Virus record (IMG/VR): IMGVR_UViG_3300035158_000183
Location: 110,035 to 174,034 of that record
DNA length: 64,000 nt
Reading direction: 5' to 3' (one strand)
DNA from: a virus
The translations under genes were made by a program, and so were the position numbers. Every line of letters starts with the position of its first letter. Within the stretch, counting starts at the first letter, position 1. The notes beneath the pieces are model-generated. The model saw only the letters and a list, made by a program, of their open reading frames with translations. It did not search any database and was not told the DNA's origin. This document shows positions 19,988-30,962 of this stretch, in pieces.

Positions 19988-21256
19988 TTATAGACCGCTG
20001 ATAGCTGTCGTTACGTCCAGCTCATCCAGAGAACCAGCAGAAGAAATCGTTGGGTGTACTGGAAGTGCGATTTCGTTTGCCTTGATAGGTACGTTTCGCA
20101 TCACGCCGACGGCGAGACCATCTTCGTACACTGCAAATGCATAACGCTCTTTCAGTTTCACCTTCATGATATCCGCATTCATATCTTCCCACTGATCCGT
20201 GCTGACATCCTCATCCACAACCAGCGCACCGAGGTTTGCCGAGTCGAAGATCATGATGTCGCATGTGTGGTTGTCCTCGTTGAACGGAACGAATGGACTT
20301 ACCAGCACACGCAGCGGGTACGGGAAGTAGTTCGGAATCACTGCTGGGCTGTTGAGGTTCTGGTCGATCTGATTCGCATTCTCCGGATCAGATGCTGTCG
20401 CACCAGCCGCATTCTCCGGCGGTGTGTACTGACCATAGCCACCCTGCATACCCATCTTGCTCTGGTTCGCAGAGTTCCATGGGAGACCCTGTTTCGCCAT
20501 GTTATGGCGCTGGAACCACTGACCGTTGCCTGTATTCTTAGCGATAGTCTGCAGGAACGGATCAATCATCCACATGGACCATGCCAGTGGGTGAAGCAGA
20601 ATAGTATCAGGAGTATAGCCCTGCATCATGATATGGGAATACCCCTTCAGAAGGTCTTCCATGCGGCAGGAGCCGTTGCCAGCACCTGTCATGGAGCGCC
20701 CTGTGCAGGTCCCATACATAGATTCCGTTGGGTTCTTGTTGTCGAACAGTGATACGCCCATCCCAGAGATGAAGTCCATACCCTTCTTCTCCTTATGACG
20801 GTCCAGACCACGACGGCCGGCTCTGACGTGCATGTTCATGATGTCATACTGGGAGTACTTCTGCATTTCCTCAGTAATCTTAAACATAATACCCGTCTTA
20901 CCAACGTTGATGGTCACGGAACCAGGTGCTACGTTCAGGCTCTGTTCTGGATAGGTCTGACCTTCTGCAAGGTCGAAAGCTACCATGGCGCCCATTGCCG
21001 GGAACGTAATTCTGGCCGCTGGGGTGTAGGCGATACGATCTAGAAGAGACGGGATGATGAGCATCGGCTCTACCGGCTCACGCACGATCTCTTCAATAAC
21101 CTTCGGCATCCAAATCGCTGCCTGGGGAGTTGCCAGGAGATCCCTGAACTCCACCTTGGACTGCGTAGGAACGTTGAACCCGAAGTTGAACCAGGTGTCC
21201 CTATACAGTTTGTATTCGTCGCCGAAGGCCTTGGCTGAATCAAATTTCTTACTCAT
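19988..21256 (-). CDS. Major capsid protein (HK97-like)
   Basis: 422 aa; IWMPKVIEE, LAEGQTYPE, KTGIMFKITEEM, TPDTILLHP, KLKERYAF; downstream of protease, followed by a terminator. Confidence 0.85.
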   Translation of the reverse strand: MSKKFDSAKAFGDEYKLYRDTWFNFGFNVPTQSKVEFRDLLATPQAAIWMPKVIEEIVREPVEPMLIIPSLLDRIAYTPAARITFPAMGAMVAFDLAEGQTYPEQSLNVAPGSVTINVGKTGIMFKITEEMQKYSQYDIMNMHVRAGRRGLDRHKEKKGMDFISGMGVSLFDNKNPTESMYGTCTGRSMTGAGNGSCRMEDLLKGYSHIMMQGYTPDTILLHPLAWSMWMIDPFLQTIAKNTGNGQWFQRHNMAKQGLPWNSANQSKMGMQGGYGQYTPPENAAGATASDPENANQIDQNLNSPAVIPNYFPYPLRVLVSPFVPFNEDNHTCDIMIFDSANLGALVVDEDVSTDQWEDMNADIMKVKLKERYAFAVYEDGLAVGVMRNVPIKANEIALPVHPTISSAGSLDELDVTTAISGL

Positions 21257-21277
21257 TGGTTTTTCCTCCGACTTAGG

Positions 21278-22672
21278 TTATCGACCGATAAGGTTGACTA
21301 TGACCATTCGCTCTGCGCCGCCCGCATATGTGAGTTGATCACTTCGCCCACCGGTTGCAGAACCAGGTGTACGCATATTTGCTGCAGTCTGGCCTGCGTA
21401 TGCTGTTTTTACCTTCTCCAGGTAGTCTCGTGGATACTCATTGACACCAATGATCTGACCTACGATACCATTCTGGTGATTCTGAATTGCCTGCTCAAGC
21501 TGTGCGGAGATGTCTGCATCTGCGCCCGTACCGTAGTTTGGGTCAGCACTGTAGACAGCAAACGAAGAGTTATAACCTTCTGCAGTACCGATATCCAGTG
21601 AGGCCTTGACCAGGTTACTGGACTCGTCGTAGGTGAGGAAGTCACCGAACGAGAGATTTCCTGTGGCACACATGTAAGTGTTGCCTGCCGACGCTACAGC
21701 ATCCTCGTAGTTGTAATACGTGATAGTTGCGCCAGTTGTCCATGGGGATGGGATAGCGTTGCCGCCAGCCTCATACAGGAACAGGAGACCCAGCTCTGTG
21801 TCCAGGAAGTAGTCTCCAGCAGCTGAGATAGCTGTCACGGAGCCAACTTTCTTGGTCAGACCCGATACGGATGGAGTGAGTGGTGTATCCATCGTGATGG
21901 CTGCCAGCGGGAACTTGGCGAACAGGTAGCAAACTACGTTGTCGCCTGCAGATACGTCGTTGGAGTACTTCACGATTTCAGTGATCTGCGTTGAGCTGAA
22001 CCATCCACCGGCACGAGGTGTCGTACCATCCAGCTGGTTCTGAAGCAGCGCTGCCGCTCCACCCGTGTTGTCATTAGCCATTGTTTCTGTAGCTTCCTCT
22101 GCTGGTACCACTGGAACAGTGATGCAGTAGTCACAGGTTACGGCTGTAAGAGCCTGTGGGCGGAAGTTGTGCTGGTAAAGCTCGCCTGGGTTGAAATGAT
22201 CTGGCCCAGCTGCTTTCCAGTAGTTATAGGACGACACGCCGATAGGCTTCGAAATGAAGTCCATGGCTCTCTCGCCTTCACGGATCAGGCCGCGTTCTTT
22301 GAGAGCGTCAGAGACCTGCTCTTCAGTGTAGCTAACAGCGCCTGCCACTGCTACACCTGTGGTGAGGTCGATGACGTTCTCTGCGGCGTCTGTAGCCGTA
22401 TAGGTGAGAATAGTCGTTCCACTTGCTTTGTTCCAGGCCTTGCGCAGACCTGCTGGGACGAGGTGTCCTCTTCGATCTTCCGCCACTACCTTACCTGCGG
22501 AGATGACAATGTAGTACTCATATTCATAGTCGTACCGCTGTACAGGCAGCCAGGGAGCAGCGAAGCTTTCAAAGTGAGGACGCTCAGAGTGGGAGTACTC
22601 CACGTTGGGAGTAACACGGCCCATGCGATCCCAGAATTTGTGATTGGGATTATATCCTCTGTCGATTGCCAT
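21278..22672 (-). CDS. Putative head decoration/minor capsid protein
   Basis: 464-aa beta-rich ORF between protease/scaffold and capsid genes. Confidence 0.55.
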   Translation of the reverse strand: MAIDRGYNPNHKFWDRMGRVTPNVEYSHSERPHFESFAAPWLPVQRYDYEYEYYIVISAGKVVAEDRRGHLVPAGLRKAWNKASGTTILTYTATDAAENVIDLTTGVAVAGAVSYTEEQVSDALKERGLIREGERAMDFISKPIGVSSYNYWKAAGPDHFNPGELYQHNFRPQALTAVTCDYCITVPVVPAEEATETMANDNTGGAAALLQNQLDGTTPRAGGWFSSTQITEIVKYSNDVSAGDNVVCYLFAKFPLAAITMDTPLTPSVSGLTKKVGSVTAISAAGDYFLDTELGLLFLYEAGGNAIPSPWTTGATITYYNYEDAVASAGNTYMCATGNLSFGDFLTYDESSNLVKASLDIGTAEGYNSSFAVYSADPNYGTGADADISAQLEQAIQNHQNGIVGQIIGVNEYPRDYLEKVKTAYAGQTAANMRTPGSATGGRSDQLTYAGGAERMVIVNLIGR

Positions 22673-22694
22673 AGTTGGTTACCTCCTAGTACAT

Positions 22695-24860
22695 CTACTC
22701 AGCGGCACTATCTGATTCCGCTGAAAGGCTTTCAAAAGTCAATTCGTCGGTAAACATATCCAATGCCTTCATTCTATCATAAATCTTCTGTGCATCGGAA
22801 ATTTGCCCATCGGCGATCAACTCTTTGATATTGTTGATAGCTTCCACGGCTGGAGCAGAGAGACCCTCTGGCAGCTGTGTATTGTTCTTGTCTGTGTTGA
22901 CTGTCGGGTTATCCACAGAGCCGTCTGGCTCACGAGACATCCCATCATTCAGTTTATTTACAATGACTTGCAGATCAAAGCCATCTGTGATGGCAGCTTC
23001 CTGCTTGTCGAGGTCTGCATCCTTGAGGGCCTCCTGAGCTTTCTCGATATCCTCGAATTTGCCATTCAGGACGCCTACTAAGGCCAAATTATCGGCTCTG
23101 GCTTTGTAGAGAGACGCGCCAAGCTCCACATAGGAGTCTACCTGTGCACGGTAGTCCTCGTATGCTCTCTGCAGCTCTCCACGGAGAACCTGGAGAGTAT
23201 CCTGCAGGCTTTCAAGCTCCTGCTTGGCCTCTGTGGCTGCTGCCTCAGCTGTTTCAGCCTTCTCTTGGTGTACAGCACAGTCGCTGCAGTCACGCTGGAC
23301 CTTCAGGTCGCGGCTGATGAGTTCTAGCTCAGCTGAGTGGAATAGAGTGCGGAGATCCTCATTGTTGAGGTCTTTCAGCTGGTCCTCTGCACATGGTGAA
23401 GTGTTGCTGTCGGCTGGTGAAGTATCAGGCGCACTATCTGCAGAATCGTTGTTCTTGGACCCTCCACAGCCCAGGGCCTTCGCCTTACGTGCCACACATG
23501 CAAGAATCCTAGACTTATCGCCAGGACCCTTATAGCGGCCGATAAGTCGTCTGGCTGCTGTTACATGTGCACAATCCGGGACTGGGAAGGAACGATCCGG
23601 GCCACAGAATGTTGAGCCGGCTAGACCCTTACGCTGCTTGGCAGTAAGTCTGGCGTCAGCTGCGTCAAACTCTTCCTGCGTAATAAGCCCTTCATCTAAC
23701 ATAGCCTTAAGCTCAACCTGCATATTGTCTGCTACTTCATCAGCATTTACTTTCTGATCTGCTGTTTCCAGGTCTTCCAGAGCATACTGAATCGCTGTTT
23801 CCTCATCCAGCTCAGCCTCTTCCTGGAATGGGAAGAACTCGGCGTCGCCCTTGAGAGCTGCGATCTTCTGCGCAAAGTCAGCCAAGACCTTCTCCTCTGC
23901 TTCCTTGCGGAGCTTCTTGAGGGTCTCAAAGACCTTCTTCTCAGCATCAGAAAGAACGATTTCGTCTTTAGCTGATTTTGCCATATCGTCCTCCTTGTTG
24001 TGGTAATCCTTAAACTCGAAGACAGTATCCGTAAGAATATCAAATACTTCCTCTTGTTTATTAAGTACAGTTACTACCTTATTATTGTCAGCGTTAGCCT
24101 CATCCATAATCTGGACAGCCACTAGAGTGTCGCCCTCCAGAGCTACGAAGCTAGTCTCTAGGTATTGGTGTACGCCAGGGATGGCCAGGGCGGGGAACTT
24201 ATGACCATCCTCTGCATCATCCTCGTACATTTCCCCCATATCGTGCTCGCAGAAGCCATCGGCGGCCCAGTTTTGGCCACAGATCAGGCAGTGTGCGGCG
24301 CCTGGGGAGCGGAAATGTGTGGATACGGCGTCAAAGCGGCCATCTCTGACCTGCTCAATGGTTTCCTTGTCATAAATGTCAGCATACAGCTCGATGTAAC
24401 CAAGTCCTCGCCACTCTTCCTTCTCCGTGATACCAGCACGCATAAGGTTTCTGGCAGCCTTCAACTGGTCCTTCATGGGAGCACTACTGCTCATAAGGGA
24501 CTGGATGTCAGGGTTATCCTGTAGCTCTTCAGGTATAGTCGGGACGAACCTGGCGCTACGAACTACACCTACTGGATCCGATTCTAGATCGTGGTGCTTA
24601 AGGATCTTGGTGGGCTTTTCGCCTACCCTGAAGGTGCCTACTCCTTCAGCCATGCGCGATGGGATATAGAAACGCCTATTCCGATTTAATACCCCAGCAT
24701 GGCTAGCCTCCATGCGGATACGCAGAGCCTTAGATAGAGGGGCCGCACTGAGAAAATCCGTCCATTCATCGACCTGTTGCTCTGTAGGCTTGGTCAGCCT
24801 AAAGTAGTCAGTGAACGTAAGATTGATTGTCATACTGTTACACTCCTTAGCCACCGACAC
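22695..24860 (-). CDS. Prohead protease fused to acidic coiled-coil scaffold
   Basis: ASHAGVLNRNRRFY, ILKHHD...PVG, DGRFDAVS, CLICG...CEH, ETSFV; acidic helical C-half. Confidence 0.8.
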   Translation of the reverse strand: MSVAKECNSMTINLTFTDYFRLTKPTEQQVDEWTDFLSAAPLSKALRIRMEASHAGVLNRNRRFYIPSRMAEGVGTFRVGEKPTKILKHHDLESDPVGVVRSARFVPTIPEELQDNPDIQSLMSSSAPMKDQLKAARNLMRAGITEKEEWRGLGYIELYADIYDKETIEQVRDGRFDAVSTHFRSPGAAHCLICGQNWAADGFCEHDMGEMYEDDAEDGHKFPALAIPGVHQYLETSFVALEGDTLVAVQIMDEANADNNKVVTVLNKQEEVFDILTDTVFEFKDYHNKEDDMAKSAKDEIVLSDAEKKVFETLKKLRKEAEEKVLADFAQKIAALKGDAEFFPFQEEAELDEETAIQYALEDLETADQKVNADEVADNMQVELKAMLDEGLITQEEFDAADARLTAKQRKGLAGSTFCGPDRSFPVPDCAHVTAARRLIGRYKGPGDKSRILACVARKAKALGCGGSKNNDSADSAPDTSPADSNTSPCAEDQLKDLNNEDLRTLFHSAELELISRDLKVQRDCSDCAVHQEKAETAEAAATEAKQELESLQDTLQVLRGELQRAYEDYRAQVDSYVELGASLYKARADNLALVGVLNGKFEDIEKAQEALKDADLDKQEAAITDGFDLQVIVNKLNDGMSREPDGSVDNPTVNTDKNNTQLPEGLSAPAVEAINNIKELIADGQISDAQKIYDRMKALDMFTDELTFESLSAESDSAAE

Positions 24861-27800
24861 CCAATTCGACCGTGCAGGTACAATGGGGGTGTAAAGGTGG
24901 CAGTTCTTCGTAGATTATAGCATCTGAGTTTTTGTAATTCAAAGGATGTTTATCACAGATTTCGCAAGGTTCACTTCCGTGACGGTGAGAAACCAGCTCT
25001 TCGAAGTCCAAAACCCGGTATCCACTGGCCTTGCCATAGTTGTAGGCCCTCATAATCTCACTGTTGTCTATCATGGCTGTTCTGTGGCGCAGGGCCTGTA
25101 GCATCAGGCCGGCGAATATGGCATCCTCAGCCTTCAGGCCTGGAGATTTCATAGTATACCGATCTAAGCTCTGAATGACCTCTTTCCTGAGTTTCATCAT
25201 ATATCTGGTGATGTGGTCGTTGATCTTCTCGTCAGCTCTCCCGGCATTTACTTGCCATATTTCGACATTTATGTCTCGTATACCCTGTCTATAGGCTTGG
25301 CGGGCCAGTAAGCTGAGGCGTTCTGCTGCCTTGCCGAAGGCTGCGTCTACCATAACCTGGAGTTCCTTGGTGCGGGCACCACGGTTCCGGATCTGGATAT
25401 CGATATCATTTCTGAGGATATCGTAAGCTGTCTGAAGAGGCGGCTGCTGGCTGAATATGTAATCTAGTGTAGGAACGGCATTTCGCAGGCCGAAGTTGTC
25501 CTTGTTGACCTTGGCACTGGCTCTGGTGCCATGCTGGTTAGCAGGCTTGTTCTTATTAGTAACAGAGTTGCCGCCAGCAGACTTGGTTTTGTTTTGTGCC
25601 GTTCTGGAGACTGCTTCGGACTGGGATGTTGCAGTTCCTGGCTCGTCGAGGGACTGGAGTATAACCTTGTCTCTCTCGATCAGCCCATATTGAGTCATAG
25701 CCCAATCTCCATCACCCTTCACGAACATACGACCCTTGCTATTGGAGGTCGGCCAACCCTCACCCTCAAATGGCTCGTAGCCTAGCTCGATACGCATCTC
25801 TGGATGGGTGATGGCGTTCTTCAGGAAGATATCCACAAAGTGATTCTCTTTAGCCTGGCGGGCCTCGAAGTCAATCTCCTTGAACTTGAGGTATACCTTG
25901 TTCTCTTCGTCGAAGAGCGAGCCATCCGAGAAGGTACTCTCCAACATGAGTTCGCGTATTATGAATGACTCGAACTGTGAGGCAAATTCTTTCTGATCAG
26001 CCTTGGTGTCGTCGATGAGGTTGCGTGACATGGTCTGGGCAGTAGAGTTCCCCTGAATGCTGATCTTTCCATTTCTTCTAACAACTAATACATGATTCGG
26101 GACCTCAAAAGCCCATACCTTGTCTCTGTAAAAAACCTTTTTGATTTGATGATCTCTTACTTCGACCACTGTCTTTGGATGGATATTAATCCTGCCAACG
26201 CCCTTATGGGCTGGTCCTAATGAAGACCGAAGACCCAACCTTGATGTTAGTTCTTGTATACCATCTAACAGCTCTTTACTACTTGAGCTATATGAAAAAC
26301 CCTTACGACCTGGCCTAGAATCATAAGATCCATCTCCTGAAACCAAAGCCACAAGAAGTAACCAAAGTTGTTTTGCTGGTAGGTTTAGAAATTCTCTTGG
26401 AATCTTTTTGTTATCGCTATAAGTACCAACATTCTCTGCCAAATATGTCCAAAGCGATTTACAATTTATCCAGAACCTAGAGCAAGAATCAGAATCGTTT
26501 ATATACTCATTAAACCTAAACGGCAATCTCTCAAGTACTGTTCTAATCTTGATTACTTTTTCAGGATTAGTCTTATTGCTTTGAGAGATAGAGATAGCCC
26601 ATTTATTATCTTGTTTGGCTAAAGTTCCCTCGGATATAAAATACCCTAAAAACTCAAGCCAATCATCCATGTCTATATTATTAAATGGACCAAGGTTGTC
26701 ATGATTGGTTATATTAGGGCTATAATCTACTTGAGGAAGATCAAATGTAGACTGTTCTGTCCCTTCTACTTCTGATGGAGAAGCTAATAAACAAAACTTC
26801 TTTACGTCAATATCTTGAACTTCTCTTAACTCCCAAGTAATTTTATCTTTCCAGCCAATTCTCCCAAAATATAATTTGTGATTTGGCGTCACGACAAGAT
26901 CAACATGACGATTACTAATCTTATAAAGTTCCCCCTCATAATCATAAGTAAGCAAACCATCAACTGGCTTCTGAAATTCTAATTGTTGGGTTTCAGGATT
27001 AATAGTACCAACCTTGTCACCATCCCTATAGTCCCAATAATTTTTCCAACCAGAATCTGTAAGAATTTGGGTCTGGTTATCAAAACACCGGTTGGCTGTA
27101 CCACCCTCACCCATATCCACCGAGCTATTGCCAAGACCAGTAAATATCCTCTGCTTGAAGTGAGCTATTACCTTCTCAACTGCTACGGGGCCGGCCTTGG
27201 TAGCCAGTGGAATGATTTCGTGCCGCTCCGGTGTAACCCAGCAACCATCTGTAGGCATTTGGGCCACCTTCAACTGTATCTCTTGGACTTCATCTTTACC
27301 ATCGGGGTTCACAGCAGCAGGGTTATTCTCTGTACCAACCTTGTAGTGGAATAATGGGAAAAGATGCTGGTAGACCAGAAGCTCTATATTCTCTTCAATA
27401 CGGCGCAGAGCGCGGATATCATCCTTAACTGAGGCCAGAACAGGGGTACCCACAGAGTAGCCCTCCCGCTTGTCATAGTAGAAGTGTACCACGTCATCAG
27501 GGCTGAACTCCTTAGCGGTCTTGCCGTAGACCTCCTGCTGGTACTTCTTAAGCCTACCGTATTCGTCTCTCTTGAATCTGACAGTCTCCGGAGCCATTAA
27601 GAAGTAACCCGCTACAGGCTGTAGCTTCTTGCCGTCAGGTGTAGTTCTGACACGACCGCCAGATGCCGGCTCCTTGCGCACCTTCACCCAGAAGGCATTC
27701 GAGGTACGTATTAATGCCCAGATAGTCTGGCTGATCAGGACCGGGAACGGAGTTCCGGTAGCTGTTTCCATTTGCTGGAAGCGTCTCTTGACATAACGCA

Positions 27801-28104
27801 CCCTCTCGGGCTTGGTTCCAACAAACTCGTAGCCCTCCTTCAGGAACAGGTTCTTCTTATTGCGGAATGCTCTGCGAACATAGGATTCGGTATCTATGAT
27901 ACGCCCACATTCTGCCAGATCCCATTCTGGAGCCTCCCAGCGCAATGATGGGGCGCGAGACCTGCCAATATTATTTGTGTATACCTTGGTGGGTGCTGGG
28001 ATGACCCTGGGTATAATAGCTCGCTTAGTCGTTCCCTTTGGCCCCTTACCAAAGCCATCATTCTTGGGCACTATAGTTTTAGCTGTGGTAGATGCCTTAG
28101 CCAT
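24847..28104 (-). CDS. Portal protein with intein and C-terminal head-morphogenesis (SPP1 gp7/MuF-like) motif
   Basis: SNAFWVK, DDVVHF, GTPVLASVKDDIRALR, ITHPEMRIELGYEP; C-terminal SEIMRAYNYG...CEIC...PPLHPHCTC. Confidence 0.82.
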   Translation of the reverse strand: MAKASTTAKTIVPKNDGFGKGPKGTTKRAIIPRVIPAPTKVYTNNIGRSRAPSLRWEAPEWDLAECGRIIDTESYVRRAFRNKKNLFLKEGYEFVGTKPERVRYVKRRFQQMETATGTPFPVLISQTIWALIRTSNAFWVKVRKEPASGGRVRTTPDGKKLQPVAGYFLMAPETVRFKRDEYGRLKKYQQEVYGKTAKEFSPDDVVHFYYDKREGYSVGTPVLASVKDDIRALRRIEENIELLVYQHLFPLFHYKVGTENNPAAVNPDGKDEVQEIQLKVAQMPTDGCWVTPERHEIIPLATKAGPVAVEKVIAHFKQRIFTGLGNSSVDMGEGGTANRCFDNQTQILTDSGWKNYWDYRDGDKVGTINPETQQLEFQKPVDGLLTYDYEGELYKISNRHVDLVVTPNHKLYFGRIGWKDKITWELREVQDIDVKKFCLLASPSEVEGTEQSTFDLPQVDYSPNITNHDNLGPFNNIDMDDWLEFLGYFISEGTLAKQDNKWAISISQSNKTNPEKVIKIRTVLERLPFRFNEYINDSDSCSRFWINCKSLWTYLAENVGTYSDNKKIPREFLNLPAKQLWLLLVALVSGDGSYDSRPGRKGFSYSSSSKELLDGIQELTSRLGLRSSLGPAHKGVGRINIHPKTVVEVRDHQIKKVFYRDKVWAFEVPNHVLVVRRNGKISIQGNSTAQTMSRNLIDDTKADQKEFASQFESFIIRELMLESTFSDGSLFDEENKVYLKFKEIDFEARQAKENHFVDIFLKNAITHPEMRIELGYEPFEGEGWPTSNSKGRMFVKGDGDWAMTQYGLIERDKVILQSLDEPGTATSQSEAVSRTAQNKTKSAGGNSVTNKNKPANQHGTRASAKVNKDNFGLRNAVPTLDYIFSQQPPLQTAYDILRNDIDIQIRNRGARTKELQVMVDAAFGKAAERLSLLARQAYRQGIRDINVEIWQVNAGRADEKINDHITRYMMKLRKEVIQSLDRYTMKSPGLKAEDAIFAGLMLQALRHRTAMIDNSEIMRAYNYGKASGYRVLDFEELVSHRHGSEPCEICDKHPLNYKNSDAIIYEELPPLHPHCTCTVELGVGG
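26047..27087 (-). mobile_element. Intein 4 (347 aa) in portal, LAGLIDADG endonuclease, ends Gly-Asn
   Basis: TANR/CFDNQTQILTDSGWK; VTPNH; LGYFISEG and LVSGDG; ends ISIQGN/S; AT-rich. Confidence 0.92.
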
Positions 28105-30181
28105 TCGTGCTGCCTCTCTTCTCGAAGTCGGCTATCCAGCTACGAACCTGCTCTAGCTCGTCCTGAGCGACGTTCTTAAAGCAATCTTTGATAATTGTAC
28201 CTGATTCCACAAACTTTTGCTTGTCAGCAGGCTTCTTTGGAGCACTAATAGTTTCTCCTGGTACTGTACCCGGGACCACTGCTTCCGGAACCTGCTCAAC
28301 ACCGCTAGGTGTAGTCTCCAGCGTCGGAGTGTGATCTTGCACATCAGGACCAGCTTGCCGACCTGGGGGGATAACCGCTACGGTCCCGTCATCCTGCACC
28401 TCAAATTGTGTGGCAGAGTGGCGGTTTAACTCGCCCTCAAGTATAAATTTCATTTGACTCGGATTGAAATTTGTGTGGGTTCCACACTCGAGACCATTCT
28501 CAGACACAGCCTTAATCATAGCCTTGACTAGCATAATTAGCTGTATCAGTCTCGATTTGAGCATTGTGGTATCGGCCTTCTTGGTCATCCACCCCAGATC
28601 GGTGCCGAGCAAATCATGAACCATTTGGGTGACATAGGTGAACCAGTCCCTGACATACTGCACTGCGCCCTGTAGTATATTACGTAAGTGTACAATGGAG
28701 GCCACAATAGGTGAGGTGACGTAGTATTCTGTAGCCGGAATAGGTTTGGCCTGCTTCTCAGGTGGGTGGTAGCCCGCCTCAAACTCACCACCTACCATAT
28801 ACTTCTCAGAGTTAGGTATATCGTCCTTACTCCAGCGGGTGCCGTCATGCTGCTCATACCTGAGCGGAGGAGGTATATACTGTCTCTTGGCTCGTTCCTG
28901 GGCACGCATTTCCTTCCACCGCTCATCACGCTCTCTGCGCTCTTCTTCGGTCAGGGCTGGGTCCCACTCCTCATCAATCTCCAGAGCAGCTAGCTCTGTT
29001 TCCTCCAACGGATAGTCAGGGATAGTGGGGTTGTATTTTTGCGAGTCAGGTGTTCTAAAGACTTCTGCTTCCCAGTTACCCCAGACACCAGCCTTTGGAT
29101 CCAGAGCACCAGGCTCTATAATACCTTTCTCTGGGTCGCCCAGACCTGCTGTACCGCCTATACCCATAGGATTAGCGATATTAACATGCCCAGGCCCAGC
29201 CACACCTACATCCAGATCGATATTACCCCCGACTTGAGCTAGCGGTATACGAGCACTCTGAGCTATAAGGATAGTCTCATTGATATGGTCAATGACACAG
29301 ATAATAGGACCCAAGATGAGCTGTACCCACTTGTCAAGCCAGGCTGACAGAGCATCCAGGAATGGACTCAGTATGGGGCCTACCAATTGTATAATGAAGT
29401 CAATATTGAATTTAACATCCAGATTGAGCTTGGCCAGATATTGTGTGAGCAGAGCCAAAATGGCCAGGAGATCCTGAGGACACAGGTGCTTGAGAAGATT
29501 GAGCAGCTCACAAATATCTACAAATGCACCAGGGTCCTTGAACAGAGACTTTACCTTATCCAGGATATCGGTACGTACCTTAATATTGAGAGCATGGATT
29601 TCCAGCAAGTCACCGTCAGGCAGCAAGTTACCCGGGTCTAGAAGCCTGTCAAAACAGGGCACACACTCGGTAAGCAGCCTGCCTATATTTTCAGCTCTAG
29701 TCTTAGCAGACACATCTGAGCCAAATATCTTGGTGTAGTCAAAGTCTTCCTGGCTCTGGCGGAGCCCACTCATGAAAGCATCTGGGCTATCCATGGCTGT
29801 ATCCCAGTAATCTAGCCTCTTCTCACTCTTCTTCTTAGCTTCTGTGTAGAAGGGATCAGTCTCAGGTGCTGCTCCAGTTACCTGGTGCATACCAGGATAG
29901 TACCGCATCTGCAGCCTGGTGCGCTCTGCAAAGTTCCTAGTAGAGTACACATCACGATAGTGATACGCCTTGGCATAGTCTTCGCGCGTCCAGTTGGCAG
30001 CATCTAGCTCAAAAGTCTTGATAATTATTGCATAATCCTGCTGCGCAAACGTATTGTCAGGATTTACATATACACCAAACTCGCCTGTCTCGGCCTTACC
30101 CTTGGTCCAATCGGGTGTGGCCTTGAAAGCAGCCTCAGAAGAGGTCTCAACAGGTATATATTCATCCTGAGTAAATGACAT
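28097..30181 (-). CDS. Hypothetical protein, probably virion-associated (694 aa)
   Basis: Long ORF between terminase and portal. Confidence 0.65.
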   Translation of the reverse strand: MSFTQDEYIPVETSSEAAFKATPDWTKGKAETGEFGVYVNPDNTFAQQDYAIIIKTFELDAANWTREDYAKAYHYRDVYSTRNFAERTRLQMRYYPGMHQVTGAAPETDPFYTEAKKKSEKRLDYWDTAMDSPDAFMSGLRQSQEDFDYTKIFGSDVSAKTRAENIGRLLTECVPCFDRLLDPGNLLPDGDLLEIHALNIKVRTDILDKVKSLFKDPGAFVDICELLNLLKHLCPQDLLAILALLTQYLAKLNLDVKFNIDFIIQLVGPILSPFLDALSAWLDKWVQLILGPIICVIDHINETILIAQSARIPLAQVGGNIDLDVGVAGPGHVNIANPMGIGGTAGLGDPEKGIIEPGALDPKAGVWGNWEAEVFRTPDSQKYNPTIPDYPLEETELAALEIDEEWDPALTEEERRERDERWKEMRAQERAKRQYIPPPLRYEQHDGTRWSKDDIPNSEKYMVGGEFEAGYHPPEKQAKPIPATEYYVTSPIVASIVHLRNILQGAVQYVRDWFTYVTQMVHDLLGTDLGWMTKKADTTMLKSRLIQLIMLVKAMIKAVSENGLECGTHTNFNPSQMKFILEGELNRHSATQFEVQDDGTVAVIPPGRQAGPDVQDHTPTLETTPSGVEQVPEAVVPGTVPGETISAPKKPADKQKFVESGTIIKDCFKNVAQDELEQVRSWIADFEKRGSTNG

Positions 30182-30540
30182 TATAGTTCGCCTACAGCAC
30201 CGAGAGCGGCTTTGGTAGCCTTGCCCCCACCTTCCTTGATAGCTTCCTTCTGCTTGGCCAACAGACGAGAAGCGCTCCTGGGGAAAGATCCATTATACTT
30301 TGTCAGCACCTTTCCTTGACCTGGCGCGACAGTCGAACCAGATTGTGCCGCAGGCCCGCCTGTTGTGGTTACAGCCTGGCCTGGATTTGTATGCGTGGGC
30401 AGGTTACTGGGCTTCATCATCTCAATGGCATCTTTCCTGGTCAAGAAGTCCTCCATGATTAGAGGGAATAGCTTACAATAGCCGATTTGTACCTGAGCTA
30501 CCTCATAGGCCTGGTCATTTAGTGGAGTAAAGGTCATCAT
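30181..30540 (-). CDS. Hypothetical protein
   Basis: Tightly packed operon ORF. Confidence 0.6.
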   Translation of the reverse strand: MMTFTPLNDQAYEVAQVQIGYCKLFPLIMEDFLTRKDAIEMMKPSNLPTHTNPGQAVTTTGGPAAQSGSTVAPGQGKVLTKYNGSFPRSASRLLAKQKEAIKEGGGKATKAALGAVGEL

Positions 30541-30542
30541 AG

Positions 30543-30962
30543 CTACAGGTCCTCCGGATTGGGTATATTGCTGTTGGCTATCTTGGCCATCTCAGATACG
30601 CATGTCTGGTACATCTGGAATGTGATTTCCCGACCATCACCACCGAACACACGCTTGACAGCCTCAATGATGCGTAACTGGTTATCTGGGTTCAGAGTAA
30701 TCTTAACATTCTTGCAACGGTCACTAATCTCGTCCTCAAGCTGTTTGCACTCTTCAATAATCTTGCCGTAACCATCAAAGACTTCCTTCGCTTTGTCCTG
30801 ACGAAAAGCCAGAGTAGTACGGTCCTTTGTCTTGTCTTCCTCTCTTATATATGGTCGCAGAACATCAGCTGGCTCCGGAGGCACCCACTTAGTTGCACTA
30901 GTAGCATCCAGTATAGAGTGGTCTCTGGGCGATAGCATCCTGCGAAGTTCGGCTTCATTCAT
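30543..30962 (-). CDS. Hypothetical protein
   Basis: Tightly packed operon ORF. Confidence 0.6.
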   Translation of the reverse strand: MNEAELRRMLSPRDHSILDATSATKWVPPEPADVLRPYIREEDKTKDRTTLAFRQDKAKEVFDGYGKIIEECKQLEDEISDRCKNVKITLNPDNQLRIIEAVKRVFGGDGREITFQMYQTCVSEMAKIANSNIPNPEDL

